Part shown: in pieces, positions 7,482 through 16,072 of the stretch
Numbering within the stretch: position 1 is the first letter of the stretch
Layout of the letters: each line of letters begins with the position of its first letter
Origin: FCB group bacterium
Lineage (GTDB): Bacteria; Bacteroidota; Ignavibacteria; Kapaibacteriales; UBA2268
NCBI GenBank assembly: GCA_049513175.1
Contig: JBEKWK010000001.1
Span: 1 to 36,407, forward strand
Length of the DNA stretch: 36,407 bases
Direction: 5' to 3'
Translations under genes and position numbers: made by a program
Notes under the pieces: model-generated
The model's database searches: none
Told to the model about the DNA's origin: nothing
The model's input: the letters and a program-made list of their open reading frames with translations, nothing else

Positions 7482-9998
7482 TTATTTTTCAGGTAAAATT
7501 AGAATTGCTTTTTTAAAATTTATTCCGGGATTTTTACCGACAGGCAAAGAAACATAACCGCCATTAAGCCACAATTGAATCTGATTGCTCCAGTTATCAC
7601 TGAATGGGTCTCCGGATGCACCGCCAGGCAATGAAGTATAAATAAAATCTTCACTCATATCCGCGATAAATCTTACGGAAGCACCTAGTTTGACATCAAA
7701 AGGTGACAAGAAATTCCATTCAGTATTTTGTATCGTTGAATTATTGCCTGCAACTTCAAAAGGTCCCAATGATAATGTTGGTTTCAACAAATTATCAGAG
7801 GATAAAATGTGGTTAAGTTTCAAAGTATGAATCTTGCTGTATTTCCATGAATTGATGTCTTCATTATTATATAATTTTATTAAATTTTGAATAGCATCCT
7901 TAAAGCTCTCAATAACTATATTTTCTTTTAATTCATAACGCTGTGTTTTTATATTGTCAAACCAAACAGAGCTTGTAGAATCTGCTAACAGCTCTATTAT
8001 ACGCCTTTGAGGGATACTTGAAATTTGAATAAACTCATTATATAACCTATCTCCCATTTCATCAGCGAAAGTATTATATACTAACCTTTCTATAAAAGCA
8101 TTGACTATTGCCGGAGAAGCCATATTAGAAGACATTTGGTAATCCCATTTTTTAAGTTTGTTCAAGGCTTGTTTATCCATATTATTAAGATACCCGGAAT
8201 ATTTATCCAAAATCGGTATAGTAAGACTTAATAATTGTTTCGAATAAGGTGACTGGATATCCATTTGCATTATTTGTGCTTCACGTGAAGTATAATTTAT
8301 AAATTGATTCAATAATTCATCAATTCTTTCAGCACGCGATGAAGGCTCCCAAAGTGAAGAAATATAGGGTTCTGAAGAATGAACCATTTTATTATTGGCA
8401 GAAAGAACGTACTTTCTTTGTGGATTATAAATCACTGGTAAATTTGACAGTGTCGTAATTCCCTGCCAATCATAATCCTCAAGCCAACCCGGGTTTGGGA
8501 TTTGAGGTTTGCAATTTTTCTTTCTGAGCGGTAAAGCAGCAGCGGGCACTGCACCTATATTCCCAAATTTATCTCCAAAAACAAAAACCAAACCGGGAGT
8601 ATGCCATAAATGTGTACCATGTAAAAACTGTTCCCAGTTCTTAGATTTACTTATATTATACAGTGCATTTATTTCGTCCGATTTTTCTTTACCTATCCAT
8701 GAATAAGTCAAACAATACCTTTTTGAAAATTTTTGAGAATAAGAACTATCCGATGTTTCAGGAAATATTTTATAAGCCGAAAAATGTGAAAAATCCGATA
8801 TCACTGCTGAACGCTTTGTGTACCGTTTATAGTATACATATGGTTCTTCATTTTTAATCTTAATCGTATCGCTTACAAACTTAAATTTTGTCTTTGTTCC
8901 GGATGAATTGAAATAAAAATCATTATTTACATTATCTATTTTTTCTATGAAATAATCGGCATCATCAGCCATCATATTTGTAAATCCCCAGCTAATGTTA
9001 TCATTCCTTCCTATCAAAAACAATGGGAACCCGGGAATTGTCATTCCGGTAACATTAATTGACGGGCAAGTTAAATGCATCTGGTAAAATTTAGATGGCA
9101 ACCCCAGAGAAAAATGTGGGTCATTTGCAAGAACAGCAGTTGTGGAATTTGCTAATTTATTTTTTTTAATAACCCATGCATTACTTCCTGAATAGCAACT
9201 TGTATTTCCTAAATAATCAGATATTGATTTAGTTATCTCAGAAATACTATGAAAAATTTCAAAACCTTCCCTGCCTATATTTTTTCCGGATTGAGTCATT
9301 AATTTTTCTGATTTCTTACTTTTCCCTCCCTTTTCCATTGAATCCAGCACATAAGGTACATTCTGCGGATAAGAAGGAAATAAATCTAAAGTTTTTTGTG
9401 TTCCTAACCTCTCGGATATTTCACCAAATACAATATCTGACCAGAAACTGGGACTTAATTCAAGTGCAAAGAGCCGCTGAATTAATATGCAATCGGTAGG
9501 TTCCCATTTTGCGGGCAAATATCCCAAAGTTCCAAATTCAAATGGAAGATTTTTCCTGTGAGAATCTATATAGGCATTAATACCATTTGAATAAGATTCC
9601 AGAATAGTTCTTGAGGATTTACTTAGGTTATTCCAAATATCGTTTGCAATTTTATGAAGGTCAAGAGAACGCATAAAAATATCAAGCATTAATGTTTTTC
9701 TGCCGAAACAGGTAGACAAGTTCCCCTTTCCAACTATACGCATAATATCCATCTGCCATAGCCTATCTTCAGCATGACAATATCCTGCCATAAAGAATGC
9801 ATCCGTTTCATTCTTAGCTATTATATGTGGAATGCCGTACTGATTTTTATATACCTCAATTGTATCGTTAACCGAAGAAAAAGATTTTTCTTCGTACGAA
9901 GATGGGATTGATTTATAAACAATGTTGTTTAAAAAAATATAAACAGCAATGCTAATCAAAAGAAGAGAAACAATTAATGCGGGAAATTTTCTAAACAT
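7482..9998 (-). CDS. Penicillin acylase family Ntn-hydrolase (possibly N-acyl-homoserine-lactone/acyl-amide acylase), N-terminally membrane anchored
   Basis: 838 aa. N-terminal TM/signal anchor FPALIVSLLLISIAVYIFL. Family motifs AEDRLWQMD in the alpha chain and the processing/nucleophile site YSGSNAWVI (Ser-Asn-Ala-Trp). Confidence 0.85.
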   Translation of the reverse strand: MFRKFPALIVSLLLISIAVYIFLNNIVYKSIPSSYEEKSFSSVNDTIEVYKNQYGIPHIIAKNETDAFFMAGYCHAEDRLWQMDIMRIVGKGNLSTCFGRKTLMLDIFMRSLDLHKIANDIWNNLSKSSRTILESYSNGINAYIDSHRKNLPFEFGTLGYLPAKWEPTDCILIQRLFALELSPSFWSDIVFGEISERLGTQKTLDLFPSYPQNVPYVLDSMEKGGKSKKSEKLMTQSGKNIGREGFEIFHSISEITKSISDYLGNTSCYSGSNAWVIKKNKLANSTTAVLANDPHFSLGLPSKFYQMHLTCPSINVTGMTIPGFPLFLIGRNDNISWGFTNMMADDADYFIEKIDNVNNDFYFNSSGTKTKFKFVSDTIKIKNEEPYVYYKRYTKRSAVISDFSHFSAYKIFPETSDSSYSQKFSKRYCLTYSWIGKEKSDEINALYNISKSKNWEQFLHGTHLWHTPGLVFVFGDKFGNIGAVPAAALPLRKKNCKPQIPNPGWLEDYDWQGITTLSNLPVIYNPQRKYVLSANNKMVHSSEPYISSLWEPSSRAERIDELLNQFINYTSREAQIMQMDIQSPYSKQLLSLTIPILDKYSGYLNNMDKQALNKLKKWDYQMSSNMASPAIVNAFIERLVYNTFADEMGDRLYNEFIQISSIPQRRIIELLADSTSSVWFDNIKTQRYELKENIVIESFKDAIQNLIKLYNNEDINSWKYSKIHTLKLNHILSSDNLLKPTLSLGPFEVAGNNSTIQNTEWNFLSPFDVKLGASVRFIADMSEDFIYTSLPGGASGDPFSDNWSNQIQLWLNGGYVSLPVGKNPGINFKKAILILPEK

Positions 9999-10006
9999 AT
10001 TAATAC

Positions 10007-10993
10007 CTACAACCAGGAATTTTCTTTATACCAATTTAAAGTAGCACGGATACCTTCTTCTAACGAAACCTTAGGTTCATAGCCAATATCCTTCTTTGCG
10101 TTTTCAATTGAGCATGTCCAAAAATTCTGAATAAAATCCTTACCCTTATCGTAATTAAATATAGGAGGCTTTTTAGAAAATCTTCCGAAAAATTCCGAAA
10201 TACCGGCTATACTCAATACAAGGGAATGTGGAATTTTAATTGTAATAATATGCTTTTTACCAAATTCCGTTTTGATTATGCCCATTACCTCTTCCCAGGA
10301 ATAAAACTTATCTGAAGATATAAAGTAACTTTTCCCTATTGAATTTTCTGATTCGGCTGCAAGTAATATACCCCTGCATAAATCCCAGGAATTGATAAGT
10401 GAAATATATTTCTTTTTAAATCCTATAAGAGTAATTAATCCTTTATTTACAACTTTGAAAATGTCATAAATACCTATGTCTCGCGGACCATAAACTGCCG
10501 GTGGTCTGACAATTGTTTTTGGTAGGCTGTCTATATATTTTAATGCTTCTTCTTCTGCGGCTTTCTTACTTCTACCATAAGCAGTAATGGGATGAAGTGG
10601 GGTTTTTTCGTTAACCGGATTATCTAATGAGGCAGATGGACCAACAGCAGTCTGACTACTGATCAACAAAAAACGCTTAAGGTTTGGTGCATATTTTAAA
10701 GCAGCTTCGAGTAAATTTTTTGTACCATCACGGTTTGCTTTCAAATATTCTTCGTCATTTCTTGCTGTAACAAGTCCTGCAGAATGGAAAATATAATCAA
10801 TCCCTTCAACAGCATTTTTAAGTGAATCAGGGTCGGAGAGACCGGCTTCTATTAACTCGAAAGGTTTATCTTTCAGCCAAATTAAGTTGCTTGTTTTTCT
10901 ATATATGCAACGTACCTGATATCCCTTTTCCAATAAGAGGTCTGCCAAATGGCTACCAATAAAACCTGTCGCTCCCGTAACTAATGCTTTCAA
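10007..10993 (-). CDS. NAD-dependent epimerase/dehydratase (extended SDR family)
   Basis: N-terminal Rossmann motif MKALVTGATGFIGSHL. Catalytic YxxxK (YGRSKKAAE). 328 aa. Confidence 0.85.
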   Translation of the reverse strand: MKALVTGATGFIGSHLADLLLEKGYQVRCIYRKTSNLIWLKDKPFELIEAGLSDPDSLKNAVEGIDYIFHSAGLVTARNDEEYLKANRDGTKNLLEAALKYAPNLKRFLLISSQTAVGPSASLDNPVNEKTPLHPITAYGRSKKAAEEEALKYIDSLPKTIVRPPAVYGPRDIGIYDIFKVVNKGLITLIGFKKKYISLINSWDLCRGILLAAESENSIGKSYFISSDKFYSWEEVMGIIKTEFGKKHIITIKIPHSLVLSIAGISEFFGRFSKKPPIFNYDKGKDFIQNFWTCSIENAKKDIGYEPKVSLEEGIRATLNWYKENSWL

Positions 10994-11169
10994 TATTTAC
11001 CTCAATGCAATGAAGATTTTTTTAAAACGAAAATATAAGCCAATAAGTTAAATTTAATTTTTCAGACACAACTAATTATAATCCAAAATTACAAGAATTT
11101 TTCTACTATAAAAAGGGCTGCAGGACAGAGAATTAAAAAAAACACTTGAACACTGTTTTGAAAATTAAT

Positions 11170-11196
11170 AAATTGTCATTTATATTTTGACAATTT
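11170..11196. promoter_or_regulatory. 9-bp perfect inverted repeat (candidate operator) upstream of the nucleotidyltransferase fusion gene
   Basis: AAATTGTCA (11170-11178), 9-nt AT spacer TTTATATTT, then TGACAATTT (11188-11196). It ends 31 nt before the ATG at 11227. Confidence 0.35.
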
Positions 11197-11226
11197 TATA
11201 ACCGAAATAAAAGGTACTGGTGATTT

Positions 11227-13728
11227 ATGAAAAAAGCTGTAATAATGGCAGGCGGTTTTGGAACACGTTTAAGACCTTTGACAATTAACATTCCGAAGCC
11301 TATGGTGCCTATTATGAATGTTCCTTTGATGGAACACATAATTAATTTATTAAAAAATTATAACATAACAGACATCATTTCAGTTCTTTATTTCCAGCCT
11401 GAAATGATTACCTCCTATTTTGAAGATGCATCCAAATTCGGCGTTAAAATGAAATATGTAATGGCTAACGCAGACTACGGAACCGCAGGTGCTGTCAGGA
11501 ATGCCGGAGAGCATTTAGACAGCAGATTCATAGTAATAAGCGGAGATGTATTAACTGATTTCGATTTATTTTCAGCTCTTGATTTTCATGTAAAAAATGA
11601 GTCAAAAGCAACAATATTACTGACTCGCGTCGCAGAACCGCTTCAATACGGCATTGTTATGACGGATGAAAATGGAAGAATTACACGTTTTCTTGAAAAA
11701 CCATCATGGGGACAAGTATTCTCTGATACAATAAATACCGGCATTTATATATTGGAACCCGAAGTTCTTGATTTAGTGCCTTTTCAGGAAGAATTTGATT
11801 TCAGCAAAGATTTATTTCCACTGATGCTAAGGCAGGATATGCCATTATACGGCTACATAACTCAAGGTTACTGGAGGGATGTCGGCAATCTGAGTGAATA
11901 CCAAAAAGCTCAGCTCGATGCATTAAACGGTGAAGTGCAACTGACTGTTAAAGGTATTAATAAAGCAAATTATATTATTGGAAATAATGTTAAAATTGCA
12001 CCTACTGCTAAACTTTCCGGAGTTGTGGTTATAGGTGATAATTCTGAAATTATGGAACATTCGGAAATCAAAAATTCCGTTATCGGAAAAAATGTTGTGA
12101 TTGGTAACGGTGCAAAACTTATAAATACAACTTTATGGGATAATGTTAAAATTGGAGATTTTTCCGAGTTGACCGATGATGTGATTTGCACTAATTGCCA
12201 GATAGGTTCATCCGTAACCATTTCAGAAAATGTTTACATTTCGGACGGATGTAATATCGGTGATAATGCTTCCTTAATGCCTAATATAAAACTCTGGCCC
12301 AACAAAAACGTTGAGGATGGAGCAACTTTATCACGCTCTATGGTACAGGAAGAAAAATGGCTTCGCGAACTTTTTACTGATGCAAGAATTACAGGTTTAT
12401 CCAACATTGAAATCAATCCTGAATTTGGAGCTAAGTTAGGTGCGGCTGTAGCTATGACATTTGGAAAAAATGCCACCCTGATTGCAAGCCGTGACCCGGA
12501 TAATGTATCAAGATTATTAAAGCGTGCTATAACTTCAGGAATCGCTTCCGTAGGAGTAAGTGTAAATGATTTGCAGTCAACATCAATACCACAGACACGG
12601 CAGGAATTAAGAACAGGCAAATATGTCGGAGGTTTGCATGTCAGACGCTCTCCGAGACATACGGACAAAACGGATATTATAATTTTTAACCAGGAAGGTA
12701 GGGATATTCAGTTATCAAGAACAAAAGCTATCGAGAGATATTTTTTCGGTGAAGAAATTAAAAGAGTATCTTATGAAAATGTAGGTCAGCTTTACTATCC
12801 TGAACGAACAAACGAAATCTATATAAACAGATATCTTGAGTCCCTGAATTTAAAAGCAATTATTGATAAAAGATTTAAAATTCTAATGGACTATTCTTTT
12901 GGACTTGCTTCTTCAATATTCCCATATATTCTCGGAAAACTTCATACATCGGCATTATCACTTCATGATTTTATAGATGCTTCAAGATATAAGCCGGAAC
13001 CTATGATGACAAAACCCGGAGATGACGAGTGTGAAAAAATTATGCGTTCTCTTGGTTATGAACTTGGATTCAAAATGGAACCCGGTGCAGAAAAAGTAAT
13101 GCTGATTGATGAAAGAGGGGTATTTTACACTCATCAAAGACTGCTGACAATTTTGACAAAATTATTTTTAGAAACCAACAGGCACAGAGAACCATACAAA
13201 ATTGCAATCCCTATAAATGCTACAGGTGAAGTTGATGAAATTGCTCAAGATTATGATGTAAAAGTTATCAGGATTAAAAATTCCCATTCTGCAATGATGG
13301 AAGCGACAAGAGAAAAAGATGTTCTATATGTTGGAGGAGTATGGGGAGGATTTATTTTTTCCGATTTTCTTTTCGCATCTGACGGCATGTTTACCGTAGG
13401 TAAAATTTTAGAAATGCTTGCCATTACAAATTTAAAAATTTCAGAATTAGACAAGCAATTACCAAAACGATATCAACATCAAATTAATGTAGTGTGCCCC
13501 TGGTCTTACAAAGGTGCGGTTATGCGGAAAGCCATGGAACATTCCGAACAGTTTGACAGACAATTAGTAGAAGGTGTAAAGATATTAAAAGAAGGTAATT
13601 CAATTTTATTGGTACCTGACAGAGAAATAGCGGCTTTTCATATCATTACTGAAAGCAATCAATATGAAGCAGCAGTTTCTCTTGCAAAGAAATACAGCAC
13701 TTTAGTCAACCAATGGCTTGAAGAATAA
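11227..13728 (+). CDS. Sugar-1-phosphate nucleotidyltransferase (NTP_transferase + left-handed beta-helix) fused to a phosphoglucomutase/phosphomannomutase-like C-terminal module
   Basis: N-terminus MKKAVIMAGGFGTRLRPLTINIPKPMVPI (GxGTRLxPLT pyrophosphorylase motif). Hexapeptide-repeat region (IGNNVKIAPTAKLSGVVVIGDNSEI...IGKNVVIGNGAKL...). From about nt 12350 a four-domain phosphohexomutase-like region follows (ASRDPDNVSRLL...GVSVNDL...GGLHVRRSP...). Confidence 0.8.
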   Translation: MKKAVIMAGGFGTRLRPLTINIPKPMVPIMNVPLMEHIINLLKNYNITDIISVLYFQPEMITSYFEDASKFGVKMKYVMANADYGTAGAVRNAGEHLDSRFIVISGDVLTDFDLFSALDFHVKNESKATILLTRVAEPLQYGIVMTDENGRITRFLEKPSWGQVFSDTINTGIYILEPEVLDLVPFQEEFDFSKDLFPLMLRQDMPLYGYITQGYWRDVGNLSEYQKAQLDALNGEVQLTVKGINKANYIIGNNVKIAPTAKLSGVVVIGDNSEIMEHSEIKNSVIGKNVVIGNGAKLINTTLWDNVKIGDFSELTDDVICTNCQIGSSVTISENVYISDGCNIGDNASLMPNIKLWPNKNVEDGATLSRSMVQEEKWLRELFTDARITGLSNIEINPEFGAKLGAAVAMTFGKNATLIASRDPDNVSRLLKRAITSGIASVGVSVNDLQSTSIPQTRQELRTGKYVGGLHVRRSPRHTDKTDIIIFNQEGRDIQLSRTKAIERYFFGEEIKRVSYENVGQLYYPERTNEIYINRYLESLNLKAIIDKRFKILMDYSFGLASSIFPYILGKLHTSALSLHDFIDASRYKPEPMMTKPGDDECEKIMRSLGYELGFKMEPGAEKVMLIDERGVFYTHQRLLTILTKLFLETNRHREPYKIAIPINATGEVDEIAQDYDVKVIRIKNSHSAMMEATREKDVLYVGGVWGGFIFSDFLFASDGMFTVGKILEMLAITNLKISELDKQLPKRYQHQINVVCPWSYKGAVMRKAMEHSEQFDRQLVEGVKILKEGNSILLVPDREIAAFHIITESNQYEAAVSLAKKYSTLVNQWLEE

Positions 13729-13740
13729 TAAACCTATTTA

Positions 13741-13761
13741 AGATTTTAGATTTTAGATTTT
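13741..13761. repeat. Tandem heptamer AGATTTT x3 (plus a partial GGATT) in an intergenic region
   Basis: Direct reading: AGATTTTAGATTTTAGATTTTGGATT, 13 nt after the stop of the upstream gene. Confidence 0.6.
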
Positions 13762-13776
13762 GGATTATAATTATTG

Positions 13777-13786
13777 TCGAATTCGA
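13777..13786. promoter_or_regulatory. 10-bp perfect palindrome TCGAATTCGA upstream of a GT2 gene (possible protein-binding site)
   Basis: The sequence is self-complementary and is the only G/C-containing block in an otherwise A/T intergenic region. It ends 24 nt before the ATG at 13811. Confidence 0.25.
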
Positions 13787-13810
13787 TTATATTTTTACAA
13801 TTGTAATTAA

Positions 13811-14632
13811 ATGAATGTACAAATAGATGCTCCTTTAGTTTCTGTTGTAATGCCGGTATATAAAGAGCCTGAGCCGGTTTTAAGGAAATCAATTGATTCA
13901 ATCTTAAATCAGACTTTTATGGATTTTGAATTTATCATTGTACTGGATGCTCCTGATAATCTTGATGCAATAAAATTAATAGAGGATTATTCCAAAAATG
14001 AAAAAAGAATTAAATTACTTTTTAATGAGAAAAATCTGGGCGTGTCAGCTACTTTAAACAGAGGTATTAAGGAAGCCAAAGGTAAATATATAGCACGTCA
14101 GGATGCAGATGATGAATCATTACCCGATAGATTAGAAAAACAGGTTTCAGCTTTTTTATATGCGCCCGATATTGATGTAATTGGAACTGCAATTGAATAT
14201 ATTGACGAAAAGAATAATATTTTGATGGAACGCTTTTACAAAGAAGAAGTTGGAAAAGAGATAAAGCGTTTCAATCCTGTAGCACATCCTTCATTAATGC
14301 TCAAGAAAGATTTATTTGAAAAATTTGGTTTATATGACGAATCAATTTTGTCTAAGCATGTCGAAGATTATGATTTATGGCTTAGATTTTACCTCGGAGG
14401 AGTAAAATTCAAAAATATAAATCAAATTCTTTATAAATATTATCAGGGTAAAGAAAATATTAAAAGTAAAAATACAAAAAGACAATTGTTTAATACAATT
14501 AAATTGAAATGGAGATACCGTCATAGCCTAAAATTTGGGATAGGAGAGTATATCTATATTTTTATGGAATTTTTAGTGTACATGTTACCGGCATTTATGA
14601 TTACGAAACTATTCTATTTAATCAAAAAATAA
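13811..14632 (+). CDS. Glycosyltransferase family 2
   Basis: VSVVMPVYKEPE start typical of GT-A/GT2, DAPDN and QDADDES (DxD) motifs. The C-terminal hydrophobic tail suggests membrane association. Confidence 0.85.
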   Translation: MNVQIDAPLVSVVMPVYKEPEPVLRKSIDSILNQTFMDFEFIIVLDAPDNLDAIKLIEDYSKNEKRIKLLFNEKNLGVSATLNRGIKEAKGKYIARQDADDESLPDRLEKQVSAFLYAPDIDVIGTAIEYIDEKNNILMERFYKEEVGKEIKRFNPVAHPSLMLKKDLFEKFGLYDESILSKHVEDYDLWLRFYLGGVKFKNINQILYKYYQGKENIKSKNTKRQLFNTIKLKWRYRHSLKFGIGEYIYIFMEFLVYMLPAFMITKLFYLIKK

Positions 14633-14640
14633 AATATACT

Positions 14641-16047
14641 TTATACATAAAATTTATCGCTCATATAAATTAAAGTATAAATCAAAGATATAATTATATA
14701 AAGCCCTATTACTACTCCTTTCCATTTAATCCACTTTGGATTTTCGAATTTATTATTATAAAGAAGAAGTAATACAATCGGTATAGCCGGAATAAAATAT
14801 CTCCCCTGTAATCCCCAAATAGTAGTACTACCGATAGGACTACTGAGATACCAACCGACTATAATCAATACTATTGAGCCAATACCCACGAGAAAAATAG
14901 TTACTCTTTGCTGAATAGAAAACAAAAATTCTTTTTTACTTTCAAAAAATGCAACTGAAAGCAGTACTAATCCATGAACAATCATAAAAAATTTCGGCAT
15001 CAAAGTATAAGAATATCCGAATCTTCCTATTATCCCTCCGACAAAATCCTGCCTCTGGAATAATGTACTGGTTATCATATTTCCGGTTGCAGTAAAAGGT
15101 TCACTAATTATTTTACTAAAAAAACCGGGATTGCCATATACAAAATCTTTAATGCCTCCCGGAGCTGCCAATAAATTTAAAGAAGCAATGAATTTATTCC
15201 ATGTCCAGCCCGGAAGAAAGTAAAGTAAAACAAAATATAAGGTAAATCCTATATAGAAAGGTGAAATCATTGACTTAGAACCTAACTTTTTAGGAGGGAT
15301 GATAAAAACTAAAAAAGGGATTAAAACATAACCATCTTTTGAAAAGCGATGAAGCAAAGTCAATAAAATAATAAAAATTATATCATTTCTTGTAATGCTA
15401 TCTTTAATTAATGCATATTTAAGAAACAATGCAATCATAAAGAAAGTGAGGGCTATACTCAATGTATCATATGTAACAGACGCTGCCTGATAAATAACCA
15501 TTGGTGTCAAACCATAGAGCAGAAAAACCGATTTAAATATTGGCGTAATTCTTATTGCAAAAAACATTATAAGTAAAAACATTATTAAATCACCGAATCT
15601 GCCGAACCGATTTAACCAAATCGGATTTGAATTAATTATGCCCCCCACTTTTATTCCTATAGCCGATGCAAAATAAGGAATAGGAAAAGTTGTAAGAGAT
15701 GGATTAGCATTAAACACAGTATCCTTCTCATTCAGAGGCATATTAAATGTCTGCTCCATTTTTTCGACATTAATTTTTGTTCCCTGGTAAAAAGGAATAC
15801 CCTGAAAACTTTGAGTAATCATTACCAGATTTCTGGGTAATGGTGTCCCGCTCATATTATTTTTATTATATGGTACAAACTGCCCTTCGGAAATTGAATA
15901 TGCCGCATAGAAATGCCGGTCTTCATCATTAGTTTGAAAAGGAGGATTTATAAAAATGAACAATATTCCGAATATTAAACCTAAGACAATAAATATATAT
16001 TCTATTGGTAAAGGAAGTAAATTATTGAACAAACTTTTCTTTTTCAT
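14641..16047 (-). CDS. Polytopic membrane protein, GT-C-like (DUF2142-type) putative glycosyltransferase
   Basis: 468 aa with more than 10 predicted TM helices. The first extracytoplasmic loop carries an acidic motif TNDEDRHFY, as in DUF2142/GT-C enzymes. It lies immediately downstream of a polyprenyl-phosphate-type GT2. Confidence 0.55.
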   Translation of the reverse strand: MKKKSLFNNLLPLPIEYIFIVLGLIFGILFIFINPPFQTNDEDRHFYAAYSISEGQFVPYNKNNMSGTPLPRNLVMITQSFQGIPFYQGTKINVEKMEQTFNMPLNEKDTVFNANPSLTTFPIPYFASAIGIKVGGIINSNPIWLNRFGRFGDLIMFLLIMFFAIRITPIFKSVFLLYGLTPMVIYQAASVTYDTLSIALTFFMIALFLKYALIKDSITRNDIIFIILLTLLHRFSKDGYVLIPFLVFIIPPKKLGSKSMISPFYIGFTLYFVLLYFLPGWTWNKFIASLNLLAAPGGIKDFVYGNPGFFSKIISEPFTATGNMITSTLFQRQDFVGGIIGRFGYSYTLMPKFFMIVHGLVLLSVAFFESKKEFLFSIQQRVTIFLVGIGSIVLIIVGWYLSSPIGSTTIWGLQGRYFIPAIPIVLLLLYNNKFENPKWIKWKGVVIGLYIIISLIYTLIYMSDKFYV

Positions 16048-16072
16048 AATCGCATATTATTATATTAAAAAT

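Noticed and set aside
7482-9998. The penicillin-acylase-family gene, considered as a beta-lactam resistance determinant.
   Set aside because: The family is broad (AHL acylases, PvdQ-like, cephalosporin acylases). There is no beta-lactamase, PBP or mobile-element context, and substrate cannot be inferred from motifs alone.
12234-12668. The longest antisense ORF (144 aa), opposite the nucleotidyltransferase fusion gene. I considered it as a possible overlapping gene.
   Set aside because: It sits opposite the relatively GC-richer part of a well-supported gene, where stop codons are rarer by chance. The peptide has no motif or hydrophobic pattern, and there is no promoter-like or RBS-like context.
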